From assembly GCF_009914755.1 (NCBI RefSeq), contig NC_060929.1: a stretch of DNA of 64,000 nt. One strand, 5' to 3'. The notes under the pieces are model-generated. The model had not been told where the DNA came from, searched no databases, and was given only the letters and a program-made list of their open reading frames with translations. Of the stretch, positions 1-15,808 are shown piece after piece. Position numbers and translations under genes: made by a program. The DNA is from the human T2T-CHM13v2.0 reference genome, Homo sapiens. The number at the start of each line of letters is the position of its first letter. Within the stretch, counting starts at the first letter, position 1.

Positions 1-315
<315 letters not shown>

Positions 316-1401
316 AAAAAAGCACATTTTCAAGTCACAGGAGTCAAGATGGAGAAGAGAAAAATACAGGCATGGAAAGCTTATTTAAAGAAATAATAGA
401 ATAAAACATTCCAAACCTGGAGAAAAATATAAATATCCAAGTACATAAAGGTCAAAAGTCTCTAATCAGATCCAATTAAAACAGGGCTACCTCAAGACGT
501 ATTATAATCAAACTGTCAAAAATCAAAGATAAAGAGAGGATCCTGAAAGCAGCAAGAGAAAAGAAGCATTCCCTTATAATAGAATATAAGGGAATTCTGC
601 TTGCAGTGAGCCAAGATCATACCACTGCACTCCAGGCTGGGCAACAGAGCGAGACTCCATCTAAAAAAAAAAAGAATATAAGGGAATTCCAATATTCCCT
701 GGCAACAGACTAACAGAAATTTGACAGCCTGGGAGAGACTAGTATGATATATTCAAAGTGCTTAAGGAAAAAATCTCTCCTCCATTATACAGTATCCAAC
801 AGTACACAACAAAGCTGTTCTTCAGAAAATGTTGGAAGAGAGATAAAGACTTCCTTAGAGAAACAAAACCTGAGGAAGTTCATCACCAACAGAACTAAAG
901 GTAGTTCTTCAAGGTAAAAGAAAAGAATGCCAATGAGTAATACAAAAACATCTGAAAAGTATAAAACTCCCTGGTAAAAGTAAGAAAAATGTAAGAAAAA
1001 GTAAGAAAACTTTCTTACTGTTAAGAAAAAGTGAGATAAGTTATATATTAGATCACAAGATAAGTCTTCACAATTTTTAAAAGACTGAAATAATATCAAG
1101 TATCTTTTCTGACCACAATAATATGAAACTAGAGGTCTAAAACAGGAAGAATTTCAGAAAATTTACAAATACATGGAAATTAACATGTTCCTGAATAACC
1201 ATGGGTCAATGAAGAAATTAAAAGAAAATTTTAAAAATATCTTGAGAGAAAAAAATGGAAACACAACACACCAAAACTTATGAGATGCAACAAAGCAGAG
1301 GAAAGCCTATAGCAATAAATACCTATATAAAAAAGAAAAATCTCAAACATGTTGCACCTCAGAAAACTAGAAAAATAAGAATACATTAGGCCCAAAAGTT
1401 A
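316..1401 (+). mobile_element. Old L1M fragment: 3' half of ORF1 joined to the ORF2 endonuclease C-terminal region
   Basis: ORF1-like GAGAGGATCCTGAAAGCAGCAAGAGAAAAG; EN-like TTTTCTGACCACAAT and ACCAAAACTTATGAGATGCA. Confidence 0.8.
598..672 (+). mobile_element. Severely 5'-truncated Alu (about 65 nt plus A-tail)
   Basis: Alu 3' end flanked by exact 17-bp TSD AGAATATAAGGGAATTC (581-597 / 673-689). Confidence 0.95.
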
Positions 1402-1874
1402 AGAACCCTCACAGAATCAATTTAACCCCCCTGCCACCTCCAGCAGAACAGGTACTGGTATCCATGGATGAGAGACCCATAGATTGTTCACACCACAGGA
1501 CTCTGTGCAGACAACCCCCAGTACCAGCCCAGAGCCTGGTAGACTTGCTGGGTGGCTAGACCCAGAAGAGAGATAACAATCACTGCAGCTCAGCTCTCAG
1601 GAAGCCACATCCATAGGAAAAGGGGGAGAGTACTACATCAAGGCAACATCACATGGGACAAAATAACCTGAACAACAGCCTTCAGCCCTAGACCTTCTCT
1701 CTGACGGAACCTACCCAAATGAGAAGGAACCAGAAAACCAACTGTGGTAATATGACAAAACAAGGCTTTTTAACACCCCCAAAAAATCACACTAGCTCAC
1801 CAGCAATGGATTCAACCAAGAAGAAATCCCTGATTTACCTGAAAAAGAATTCAGGAGGTTAGTTATTAAGCTAA

Positions 1875-3700
<1,826 letters not shown>

Positions 3701-4404
3701 CAAATTAACCCAATTCAACAAAGCCAAAGAAAAAAGAATAAGAAAATGTGAACAAAGCCTTCGAGTCTGGGATTATGTTAAACAACCAAACCTAAGAATA
3801 ATCGGCATTCCGGAGGAAGAAGAGATATCTAAAAGTTTGGAAAACATATTTTGGGGAATAATCGAGGAAAACATCCCTAGCCTTGCTAGAGACCTAGACA
3901 TCCAAGTACAAGAAGCACAAAAATACCTGGGAAATTCATTACAAAAAGATCATAGCCTAGGCACACTGTCATCAGGTTATCTAAAGTTAAGACGAAAGAA
4001 AGAATCTTAAGAGCTGTAAAACAAAAGCACCAGGTAACCTATAAAGGAAAACCTATCAGATTAACAGCAGATTTCTCAACAGAAATCCTACAAGCTAGAA
4101 GGGACTGGGGCCCTATCTTCAGCCTCCTCAAACAAAACAATTATCAGCCAAGAATTTCGTATCTAGTGAAACTGAGCATCATATATGAAGGAAAGACAGT
4201 CTTCTTCAGACAAACAAATGCTGAGAGAATTCGCCACTGCCAAGCTACCACTACAAAAACTGCTAAAGGGGGCTCTAAATCTTGAAATAAATCTTGGAAA
4301 CACATCCAAACATAACCTCTTTAAAGCATAAATCTCATAGGACCTAAAAAAATGCAATTTAAAAAGCAATAACAAAAAACCAAGGTACACAGGCAACAAA
4401 CAGC

Positions 4405-7400
4405 ATGATGAATGGAATGGTACCTCATATCTCAATACTAATATTGAATGTAAATGGCCTAAACGTTCCACTTAAAATATACAGAACTGCAGAATGGATA
4501 AGAACTCACCAACCAACTAGCTGCTGCCTTCGAGAGACTCACATACAAAAGGACTCACATACACTCAAAGGGGTGGAAAAGGGCATTTCATGCAAATGGA
4601 CACCAAAAGCAAGCAGGGGTAGCTATTCTTATATCAAACAAAACAAACTTTAAAGCAACAGCAGTTAAAAAAAAGACAAAAAGGGACATTATATGCTGGT
4701 AAAAGACCTTGTCCAACAGGAAAACATCACAATCCTAAATATGCACTTAACACTGGAGATCCCAAATTTATAAAACAGTTACTAATAGACCTAAGAAATG
4801 AGATGGACAGCAATACAATAATAGTGGGGGACTTCAATACTCCACTGACAGCACTAGACAGGTTATCAAGACAGAATGTCAACGAAGAAATAATGGATTT
4901 AAACTATACCGTGGAACAAATGCACTCAACAGACATATACAGAATATTTTACCCAAGAACTGCAGAATACACACTCTATGCAACATCACATGGAACTTTC
5001 TCCAAGATAGACCATATGATAAGCCAAAAAATGAGCCTCAATAAATTTAGGAAAATTGAAATTATATCAAGCACTCTATCAGACCACATTAGAATAAAAC
5101 TGGAAATCAATTCCAAAAGGAACCTTCAAAACCATGCAAATACATGGAAATTAAATAACCTGCTCTAGAATGAGCATTGGATCAAAAACGAAATCAAGAT
5201 GGAAATTTAAAAATTCTTCAAACTGAATGACAATAGGGACACAACCTATCAAAACCTCTGGGATACAGCAAACGTGGTGCTAAAAGGAAAGTTCATAGCC
5301 CTAAACATCTACTTCAAAAAGACTGAAAGAGCACACACTGACATTCTAAGGTCACATCTCAAGGAACTAGAAAAACAAAAACAAATCAAACCTAAACCCA
5401 GCAGAAGAAAGGAAATAACCAAGATCAGAGCAGAACTGAATGAAATTGAAACAAAAAATATACAAAAGATAAATGAGACAAAAATCTGGTTCTTTGAAAA
5501 GATAAATAAAATTGATAGACCATTAGCAAGATTAATCAAGAAAAGAATAGAGAAAATCCAAACAACTTCAGTAATAAACAAATGAGGAGGTATTACAACT
5601 GACATCACAGAAATACAAAAGATCATTCAAGGCTATTATGAACACCTTTACACACATAAACTAGAAAACCTCAAAGAGATGGATAAATTCCTGAAAAAAT
5701 ACAACTCTTCTAGCTTAAATCAGGAAGAATTAGATACACTGAACAGACCGAGAACAAGTAGTGAGATTGAAATGGTAATTAAAAAATTACCAACAACAAA
5801 AAAGTCCAAGACCAGACAAAGTCATAGCAGAATTCTACTAGACATTCAAAGAACAATTGGTACCAACCCTTTTGACACTATTCCACAAGATAAAGGGGGA
5901 ACCCTCCCTAATTCATTCTATGAAGCCAGCATCACCCTAATACCAAAACCAGGAAAGGACATAACTGAGAAAGAAAACTGCAGACTAATATCTTTGATAA
6001 ACATAGATAAATCCTTAACAAAACACTAGCTAACCAAATCCAGCAACATATAAAAAAGATAATCCACCATGATCAAGTGGGTTTCATACCAGGGATGCAG
6101 GGATGGTTTTACCGTATACACAACTCAATAAATGTGATACACTACATAAACAGAATTACAAACAAAAATCACATGATCATCTCAATAGATGCAGAAAAAG
6201 CATTTGACAAAATCCAGCATCCATTTATGATTAAGACTCTCAGCAAAATCAGCATACAAGCGACATACCTCAATATAATAAAAGCCATCTATGAAAAACC
6301 CACAGCCAACATAATACTGAATGCAGAAAAGTTGAAAGCATTTCCTCTGAGAACTGGAACAAGACAAAGATGCCCACTCTCACCACTCCTTTTCAGTATA
6401 GTACTGGAAGTCCTAGCCAGAGCAATCAGACATGAGAAAGAAATAAAGGGCATCCAAATCAGTAAAGAGGAAGTCAAACTGTCACTGATTGCTCACTATA
6501 TGATCATTTTCCTCGAAAACCCTAAAGACTCCTCCAGAAAGCTGCTAGAACTGATAAAAAAAAATTCAGCAAAATTTCTGGATACAATATTAATGTACAC
6601 AAATCAGTAGCTCTTCTACACACGTACAGACCAAGCTGAAAATCAAATCAAGAACTCAACCCCTTTTACAATAACAGCAAAAAATAAAATAAAATACTTA
6701 GGAATATACCTAAACAAGGAGGCAAAAGACCTCCACAAGGAAAACTACAAAACATCGCTGAAAGAAATTATAGATGACATAAACAAATGGAAACACAACC
6801 CACGCTCATGGATGGGTAGAATCAATATTGTAAAAATGACCATACTGCCAAAAGCAATCTAGAAATTCAACAAAATTCCCTTCAAAATACCACCATCATT
6901 ATTCACAGAGTTAGAAAAAACAATTCTAAAATTCATATGGAACCAAAAAAGAGCCCACATAGCCAATGCAAGACTAAGCAAAACAACAAATCTAGAGACA
7001 TCACACTACCTGATTTCAAACTATACTATAAGGACACAGTCACCAAAACAGCATGGTATTGGTGTAAAAATAGGCACATAGACCAATGGAAGAGAATAAA
7101 GAACCCAGAAATAAGCCCAAATACTTACAGCCAACTGAACTTCAACAAAGCAAACAAAAACATAAAGTGGGGAAAGGACACCCTTTTCAACAAATGGTGC
7201 TGGAATAACTGGCTAGCCACATGTAGGAGAATGAAACTGGATCCCCGTCTCTCACCTTATACAAAAATCAACTCAAGAAGGGTTAAGGACTGAAATCTAA
7301 GACCTAAAACTATAAAAATTCTAGAAGGTAACATTTGAAAAACCCTTCTAGACACTGACTTAGGCAAGGATTTCATAACCAAGAACCCAAAAGCAAATGC

Positions 7401-8180
7401 AATAAAAACAAAGATAAATAGCTGGGATTTAATTAACTGTAGGGCTTTGCACAGTAAAAGGAACAGTCAGCAGAGCAAACAGACAACCCACAGAGTGGGA
7501 GAAAATCTTCACATCCAACAAAGGACTAATATCCAGAATCTACTATGAAAGTCAAACAAATCATCAAGAAAAAAAAAAAATCCCATCAAAAAGTGGGCTA
7601 AGGAGATGAATGCAGAATTATCAAAAGAAGATAGATAAATGGCCAACAAACATATGAAAAAATGCTGCACATCACTAATGATCAGGGAAATGCAAATCAA
7701 AATCACAATGTGACACCACATTACTTCTGCAAAAATGGCCATAATCAAAAAATCAAAAAACAGTAGATGTTGGCGTGGATGTGGTGATCAAGGAACACTT
7801 CTTCACTGCTGATGGGAATGTAAACTAGTACAGCCACTGTGGAAAACAGTGTGAATATTCCTTAAAGAACTAAAAGTAGAACTATCCATTTGATCCAGCA
7901 ATCCCACTACTGGGTATCTACCAAGAGGAAAAGAAGCCATTATAGAAAAAGATATTTGCACACACGTTTATAGTAGCAAAATTTGCAACTGCAAAATCAT
8001 GGAGCCAACCCAAATGTCCACCAATCAAAGAGTCAATAAAGAAACTGTGGTATATATAACTATATCTATATCTATATCTATATCTATCTATCTATGATGG
8101 AATACTACTCAGCCATAAAAAGGATGAATTAAAGGCATTTGCAGTGACCTGGATGAGATGGGAGACTATTATTCTAAGTG
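4405..8180 (+). pseudogene. Disrupted L1 ORF2 (APE endonuclease plus reverse transcriptase)
   Basis: [51 protein letters not shown]; many stops and frameshifts; catalytic FADD reads IAHY. Confidence 0.92.
8051..8095. repeat. (TATATC)n/(TATC)n microsatellite inside the L1PB 3' region
   Basis: Direct reading. Confidence 0.9.
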
Positions 8181-8445
8181 AAGGAATGGAAAACCAAACA
8201 TCATATGTTCTCACTGATAGGTGGAAGCTAAGCTCTGAGGATACAAAGGCATAAGAATGATACAATGGACTTTGGGGAATTGGGGGGAAGGAGGGAGGGG
8301 GGCGAGAGATAAAAGGCTACAAATAGGGTGCAGTGTATACTTCTTGGATGATCGGTGCACCAAAATCTCACAAATCACCACTAAAGAACTTACTTGTGTA
8401 ACCAAACACCACCTGTACCCCAATAACCTATGGAAAAATGTTTTA

Positions 8446-9176
<731 letters not shown>

Positions 9177-9614
9177 AGAACTGAAGAAAATGTGACAATA
9201 AGAGAAAACCAGAGATAAATGCCCTGAGTTCTGGAACCGGTAGAGGCTCTGCGTTCCAGAGTTGAGAAAAAGCTTATTCAGATTAAAAATTCCAGCTACT
9301 CTAGGCAAATTTAACCAGCTGCCAGGTCTGAGACCTAGGAATTTTCTAGGCATGATCTCACAGAGAGAGAGGTATCTGGGTAGGCCACAGGTAAAACAGG
9401 AAATGGCTAAAAAGTAAAACTAGGCTACGTGCAGAGGCAGGCATGAGAAAAACATAAGTGAGAAAAGGCCAGAATGTTGTCCAGAGTGATTCTACCATTA
9501 GTTGTCTGTTGCACTTTTAATCAATGACTGCTGTATGGCCATGGGAGAAGGGAAAATAGAAAAACAGAAAGGGATTTTATATGGTAAGGTTACAGTCTGA
9601 AGAAAAGCAAAATC

Positions 9615-9912
9615 CAGAAGTTGCACACCAGCAACCCTGGCCCACAGAGATTACAGATATGTTCCGGTTGGTCTGAGCGCACGTGCACACACACACAAAA
9701 TGTAAAAGTCAACTTCTGATTTGAGTAAAAAGCAGAAGATATGACAACACAGGGCCTGCATTACTAAGGGCCATTGGTCTGCTGGATGAGAGGATTCACT
9801 GCCAGTTTTGGGTGTGGCAACCTTCTGTAGTCAACTGCAGCCACTGTTCAGATAACCCTGCTCACTCAAGTTACCCATTGTCCTCTGTCGATATTTGACT
9901 TTGGTAACCTTG
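9615..9912 (+). mobile_element. hAT-Charlie DNA transposon relic (MER102-like)
   Basis: AGAAGATATGACAACACAGGGCCTGCATT and terminal ATATTTGACTTTGGTAACCTTG resemble the recalled MER102 consensus. Confidence 0.5.
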
Positions 9913-11082
9913 TTTGTACCTTTTGAAGGACACAAGAGATGACCATAAGTAAAAGAAATAAGTCTCCCAAGGTGGATACATGTAAAGGAGTAGGGAGCAG
10001 CCTTTCACTCTAAAAATGGGAGAAAACAGCCTCTATCCAAAAGGCTCTGTCCAATTCTCCCAGGTTGTCTGATAGTTTTAATTGTATGTGCATACATTGA
10101 ATCATTTCCAGCCCAATGAGAGCCATAAAATAGAATCTGTGATTACATAACAGTTTCATTTTGAGAAGTTCAATGACCCTTTAAGTGTTTCATTTTTCTT
10201 GTTATTTCTATTGACCTCACTAACATCTGACCTGAGCAGCTGCTCTTTGGGGAGCTGTCATAAATGACCACAAGCTGGTGACAGACAGGGGAAACATAAG
10301 AGCAACAGTTCACTGCAGCTGTGGTCTACTTGGAAGTAAAAAACACTGCCAGTCCACTCTAGCAGGCAGACACAAAGAACAAGGAGCTTCTAGAATTAAG
10401 ACTTAGGACAGGTCAGGGATTCTAAAAGTGCTGCAGTACCGACTACAGGTGTAAATCAAAGCAGATTTCCTTTGCATACTACGGGAAGCAACATGCAGTA
10501 ATGTTTTGGTCTTTTAGGATACACAAACACACCTAGCATACACTGTCCCTGCAACCAGAGATAACCTAGGTACAAATTAGGAGAGAAGCAAGTACAAATT
10601 ATCAGGACTTGATGATACCTGCATGTTGATGTTGTATATTGGTACGGAACTCACACTTTGGGGGAAACCCAGAAACCTGATAAAGTGGTATTGATTGACA
10701 ATTTGCATTTCAGCACAAAGTCTCTGTCTTGTTGAGAGAATCTCAATTTTTTCCACTGAGGCCCAAATCCACTTTAACTGGCCCTGCAGAATGATACCAT
10801 AAAAGAGAGGACAAGCAGACTAACTTCCATAAACTAAAATTCTCCATGGTTCTACATTAGGTACTTGCAGAAATTCTGAAAGTTTTGTCACTTATTATAT
10901 GATGCCAAAAAGTGTATGGAGCATCTTATTAATAATCTAGAGAAGTATCAGTTCACGTGGCATTTCTGCCTTTCCCCAATGCCCTTTAGAAGTTGAAAGC
11001 AGAACGCAGAGTTACTAGAGCATATGGTCAGGGTGGTCAACTCAGAAACACGTTTTTATCAGTTAGAGAGAATAATACTAGC

Positions 11083-11270
11083 CATCAGAAGACATGTCAT
11101 CAAGATCCAGCTCTGCCACTTAATAGCCAAGTGATCTTGGGCAAGCCACTTCAGCTCTCTGAACCTCAGTTTAATCACCTATAAGATGAAAATTTTAAAA
11201 ACTGAAACACATAATTATCAGAGTCGATGGAGGATCCAATTAAATAAAGCATGAGAGCACATTTTTATAG
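11083..11270 (+). mobile_element. MIR SINE
   Basis: Core CCAGCTCTGCCACTT...GTGATCTTGGGCAAGCCACTTCAGCTCTCTGAACCTCAGTTT. Confidence 0.85.
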
Positions 11271-12934
11271 GGAGTAAAATACTTCACACCTAGAAGAGTA
11301 ATATTAGTGGGCAGTTTCATACAATGCTTTGCACTTATACCAGACTCACTTCCGCTGCTTTGCAGAAAAGCATGCAACCGATATAGAGAAAATCCCAATG
11401 ATGGCATCCATTTTCCCAGGGAAAGTCATAGTCATAACATGAATAACATTCAAACCCTGGGTAATATGATCAAAATAGATGAAAGAAGAGTGGAACTGGG
11501 CATCATTCCTCTTGAGGTAGCTGAACTTGGCTGGCATTGCATTTCCATAACATCAGCTACCCAGAGCAAGAGAGTCCTCTCCCCATTCTCTATTTTTTGC
11601 CACATTAAAACCTAGGACTACACATTTACTGAATATCATGCAAAGTGTTTCCAAAATAAATAATGAATAGTATTGAGGATAATAATAATAATTACATGTA
11701 ATAATAATTAGAAATAATAATAATAAACTATTATTATTAGTTCTAATCCTCTGAATTAGATTTCTCAAAATTTGAATATTCTGCAACTTCAAGTTTGGGT
11801 GTGGAACCAACAGCCATCACATATCCAGTCTGAAATCTGTCATGGAGTATTTCAAAAGGCCTAAGAACCACTGTGACTCTTGGAACTAAATGATACAATG
11901 CATTAACTACACTACACCACAGTAAGAATCATTAGATGAAAACACAGGAAGGATTTGAAAAGATGTTTCTTATTCAGATGCTGACTTTCAAGGTATGATG
12001 TGCTTTTAACCAAGATATTTTAACTGCTTTGTTTAAAATACTGACATGTGAAAATTTAAAATGATCTCTATTCTCAAGTCTCTGTTTCAACCAGCAACTT
12101 AATTTTAAAATATTCTACTAATTAGTGTTTGATATATGCAAAGAAATACATGTGAAACATATGCTGTGAAGCACAAGAACCCAGTAATTTAAGAACTGGA
12201 ACCTGCTTTAGTAATAGAAGTACAGAGAACAAAACTAATTCAGGATCTTGCAATGCCTGAAGGCCAGTATTCAAAACATCAGGATGCAGAGCAAATTGTC
12301 AAGCAGGTGAAAATTGTTTTTTCACACTCCCTTTTCCTTTATTTACCCCTTCCAGGGTTATGTGCATTTTGAAACAAAAACAAAAGAAGAAAAGTTTTAA
12401 TCAAAGGAATGTCTCTTTATTGGTGGCATTCGGACACTAGTAATGGACCAGTTGGTGAGGTATCTTTGAAAAGAAAGCCATATTGTATAAAAGCAACTTC
12501 TACCTTCATATATTAGAAAAGCAAATAAACAAAAACTTCATAGAGAACACAATTCTAAAATTCTGGTATCTTCTAGTTTAAACAGGACAAACTGAGAGCC
12601 AAGCTAAAAATAGACAACTTAGTCAAGCAGTATCTTTTAAAAATTTTGATTTGATGTGTAAATTACTCTCTATAAGACATAAATCAACAAAAGGTTACAC
12701 ACTTTAGTAAGTTGTAGAGAGATCATATTAAGGCACAACCCTAATTCTGATTCTACTTATTGTCAGCCTCCACTTTCAATCTTGGATAGCAAACATACTT
12801 AGGTATTTCCTTAAAGTGAAATCTTCTAAATCATGTCATTACTCTGAATGGCTTGACTACTCAATTGCATCACCAGTCTGGCTTTCATGTAAAGGAGACA
12901 CCACTGAATTCCCTTCTGGCCTCCTCAGTACATA

Positions 12935-13085
12935 GGTCCTAGTGCAGTAGAGGGTCAAGGGCACCAGAGGCAAAATTCAAGTTGCATGATCTTGAGGACA
13001 ATTTTCACCCTTCTGACTTTTCGACTTCCTCGTCAGAAACACGAAGAAACTAGACTAGATAAATTCTGAAGTCTATTCCAATCCC
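12935..13085 (+). mobile_element. Degenerate MIR3-like SINE
   Basis: TGATCTTGAGGACAATTTTCACCCTTCTG...ACTAGACTAGATAAATTCTGAAGTC. Confidence 0.4.
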
Positions 13086-14062
13086 AAAATTTTGTAACTG
13101 CTTTTGATTCTAATATTCAATCTGTGTTTGCTAAAAGAAATGCATGATTCTTTTGGCAATTCCTGAAATCTTAGAGGAAAGGAAGCCTCCCACCTCTGCC
13201 TTCCAGTGTCTAATTTAATTCTTCTTTCTCCTGAATTCCAAGGTGTTTGTAGATTCTCTTTGAGATTAGAAACTAATACTCCTCTAACCTGATTCAGTAC
13301 CTAAAACAAAAATGGAATCTAGGGCAAAAAATTTAACATCCTCATGATTAATTTTTCCCCAGAAGAGAATCAAAGTTTACATTCATTCTACTTGGCAAGC
13401 ATCCAATCAGACAATGCCTCTTCTGAAACTTACCTGTGTGGTGAGAACACTTTAAGCCCTGTATTAAAAAATAACTAATTAACTCTACTCTCAAGACTCT
13501 TCCATTGTAAGTATTTTTATTCTACTACAAAAAAAGTTTCTTGAGTCTGTTCTTCCAAGTGTCAAAACTTTTTCACAATGAATACCTTTCAATATATCTT
13601 GAATATTAAAGAAAACAAACTTCAAACACAATTTACAGAATAGATTAATTACAAAGAGGTTCTCATTGGCCAGATTTAAAATAATGAATGTTATTCCAAT
13701 GACAGTCAAATGTCTCCTTCCTCCCTTACCCATCTTCTTCTCCACCTCAACCACAAAGCTCAGACATATTATAGGCTAAGGAATGATGTCAGGGAGCCTC
13801 TGTCAGAGGTATGTGAGAAGAGAGATCCAGCAAACTATATTTGGAATAGATATGTCTTTTCAAATATATCTAGTACCTGGAAGATCTAGTATTTTTATAT
13901 CTGAATGACTTCTCTCCTAACCATGAAAGTATCAGTTTAGTTCACATAAATATTAAGCCATTCTTGTTAATAATAATTAGAAAAGTGGGGATGCCCCTAG
14001 AATAACAGTGGGTTCCCTCATGGCCAGGCCCACCAAAATTTGACATTCAGAAAAATATATTG

Positions 14063-15365
14063 AGACTTAAATGCTCCTGACTGCCAGCTCTGAAGAGAGC
14101 AGCGATCTCCCAGCACAGCACTTGAGCTCTGCTGAAGTACAGCCAGCCTCCTCAAGTGGGTTCCTGACACCTGTGCTTCTTGACAGAAAGATACCTCCTA
14201 GCAGGAGTCGACAGACACCTCATACAGGAGAGCTCTGGCTGGCATCTGGTGGGTGCCTATCGAGAAAAAGCTTCCAGAGGAAGGAACAGGCAGCAATCTT
14301 TGCTGTTCTGCAGCCTCCACTGGTGACACCCAGGCAAAGAGGTTCTGGAGTGGACCTCCAGCAAACTCCAGCAGACCTATAGAAGACAGGCCTGACTGTT
14401 GGAAGGAAAACTAACAAAGAGAAAGCAATAGCATCAACATCAACAAAAAGGATGGCCATGCAAAAGCCCCATCCGATGGTCACCAACATCAAAGAGCAAA
14501 GTTAGATAAATCTATGAAGATGAGGAAAAAACAGTAGAAAAAGGCTGAAAATTTCAAAAACCAGAATGGCTCTTCTCCTCCAGAGGATCACAACTCCTTG
14601 CCAGCAAGGGAACAAAACTGGACAGAGAATGAATTTGACGAATTGACAGGAGCAGGCTTCAGAAGGTGGGTAATAACAAACTCCTCTGAGCTAAAGGAGC
14701 ATGTTGTAACCCAATGCAAGGAAGCTAAGAACCTTGAAAAAAGGTTACAGGAACTGCTAACTAGAATAACCAGTTTAAAGAAGAACATGAAAGACCTGAT
14801 GGAGCTGAAAAACACAGCACGAGAACTTCATGAAGCATACAAAAGTAACAATAGCTGAATCGATCAAGTGGAAGAAACGATATCAAAGATTGAAGATCAA
14901 CTTAATGAAATAAAGCACGAAGACAAGATTAGAGAAAAAAGAATGAAAAGGAACAAACAAAGCCTCCACGAAACATGGGACTATGTGAAAAGACCAAACC
15001 TACGTTTGATTGGTGTACCTGAAAGTGACAGGGAGAATGGAATCAAGTTACAAAACACTCTTCAGGATATTATCCAGGATAACTTCCCCAACCTAGCAAG
15101 ACAGGCCAGCATTCAAATTCAGGAAATACAGAGAACACCACAAAGATACTCCTCGAGAGGAGCAACCCCAAGACACATAATTGTCAGATTCACCAAGGTT
15201 GAAATAAAGGAAAAAATGTTAAGGGCAGCCAGAGAGAAAGGTCGGGTTACCCATCCGACCTTTGGCCAGGGCAATCAGGCAAGACAAAGAAATAAAGGGT
15301 ATTCAAATAGGAAGAAAGGAAGTCAAATTATCTCTGTTGGCAGATGACATGATTGCATATTTAGA
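14063..15365 (+). mobile_element. L1PA7/8-like internal fragment: 3' part of the 5'UTR plus ORF1 (ATG 14520) fused to about 100 nt of ORF2 RT; no poly(A)
   Basis: ORF1 peptides ([41 protein letters not shown]), then RT GCAATCAGGCAAG...GCAGATGACATGATT. Confidence 0.93.
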
Positions 15366-15671
15366 ATATATAAGAATATGCTGATGGCACCTGCAGAAGG
15401 CCACAAACACATTGACCAAGAAAGCAATGATTAACTGCCTGCCTGAGACTATGCACGTGCACAAGAATGTTTTAATCATCATTTCCAGTAATTTTCCTTA
15501 AAAACTTCTGATCCAGAGGCAGAACTCAGACAGAGGTGATCTTTGAATGCTAGTTGACTGCCTTCTCTGGATTGCCAGCTTCTCCAGTAAAGCTAACTTT
15601 CCTTTCACCAAAGCTTGTCTGGAGGTTTTGGCTTTCAGGTGATGAGTGGTTTGTTCCTGAGTTCAGTTACA
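15366..15671 (+). mobile_element. ERV1-class LTR 3' part (MER34/MER39-like)
   Basis: AGTAAAGCTAACTTTCCTTTCACCAA and terminal CCTGAGTTCAGTTACA. Confidence 0.55.
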
Positions 15672-15734
15672 TATTCAGGAGATGAGGAAGGGGTAAGCTG
15701 TGCATATTGAGAACTATTAAGTACAAAACTATAA

Positions 15735-15808
15735 CATAATACATTTGTGTTATTTTAAACCACTAAGTCTGAGATAATCTGTTATATCAGTAATTGGGAA
15801 GTAATACT
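15735..15808 (+). mobile_element. MLT1 (MaLR) LTR 3' end
   Basis: ATAATACATTTGTGTTATTTTAAACCACTAAGT...TGTTATATCAGTAAT...TAATAC. Confidence 0.55.
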
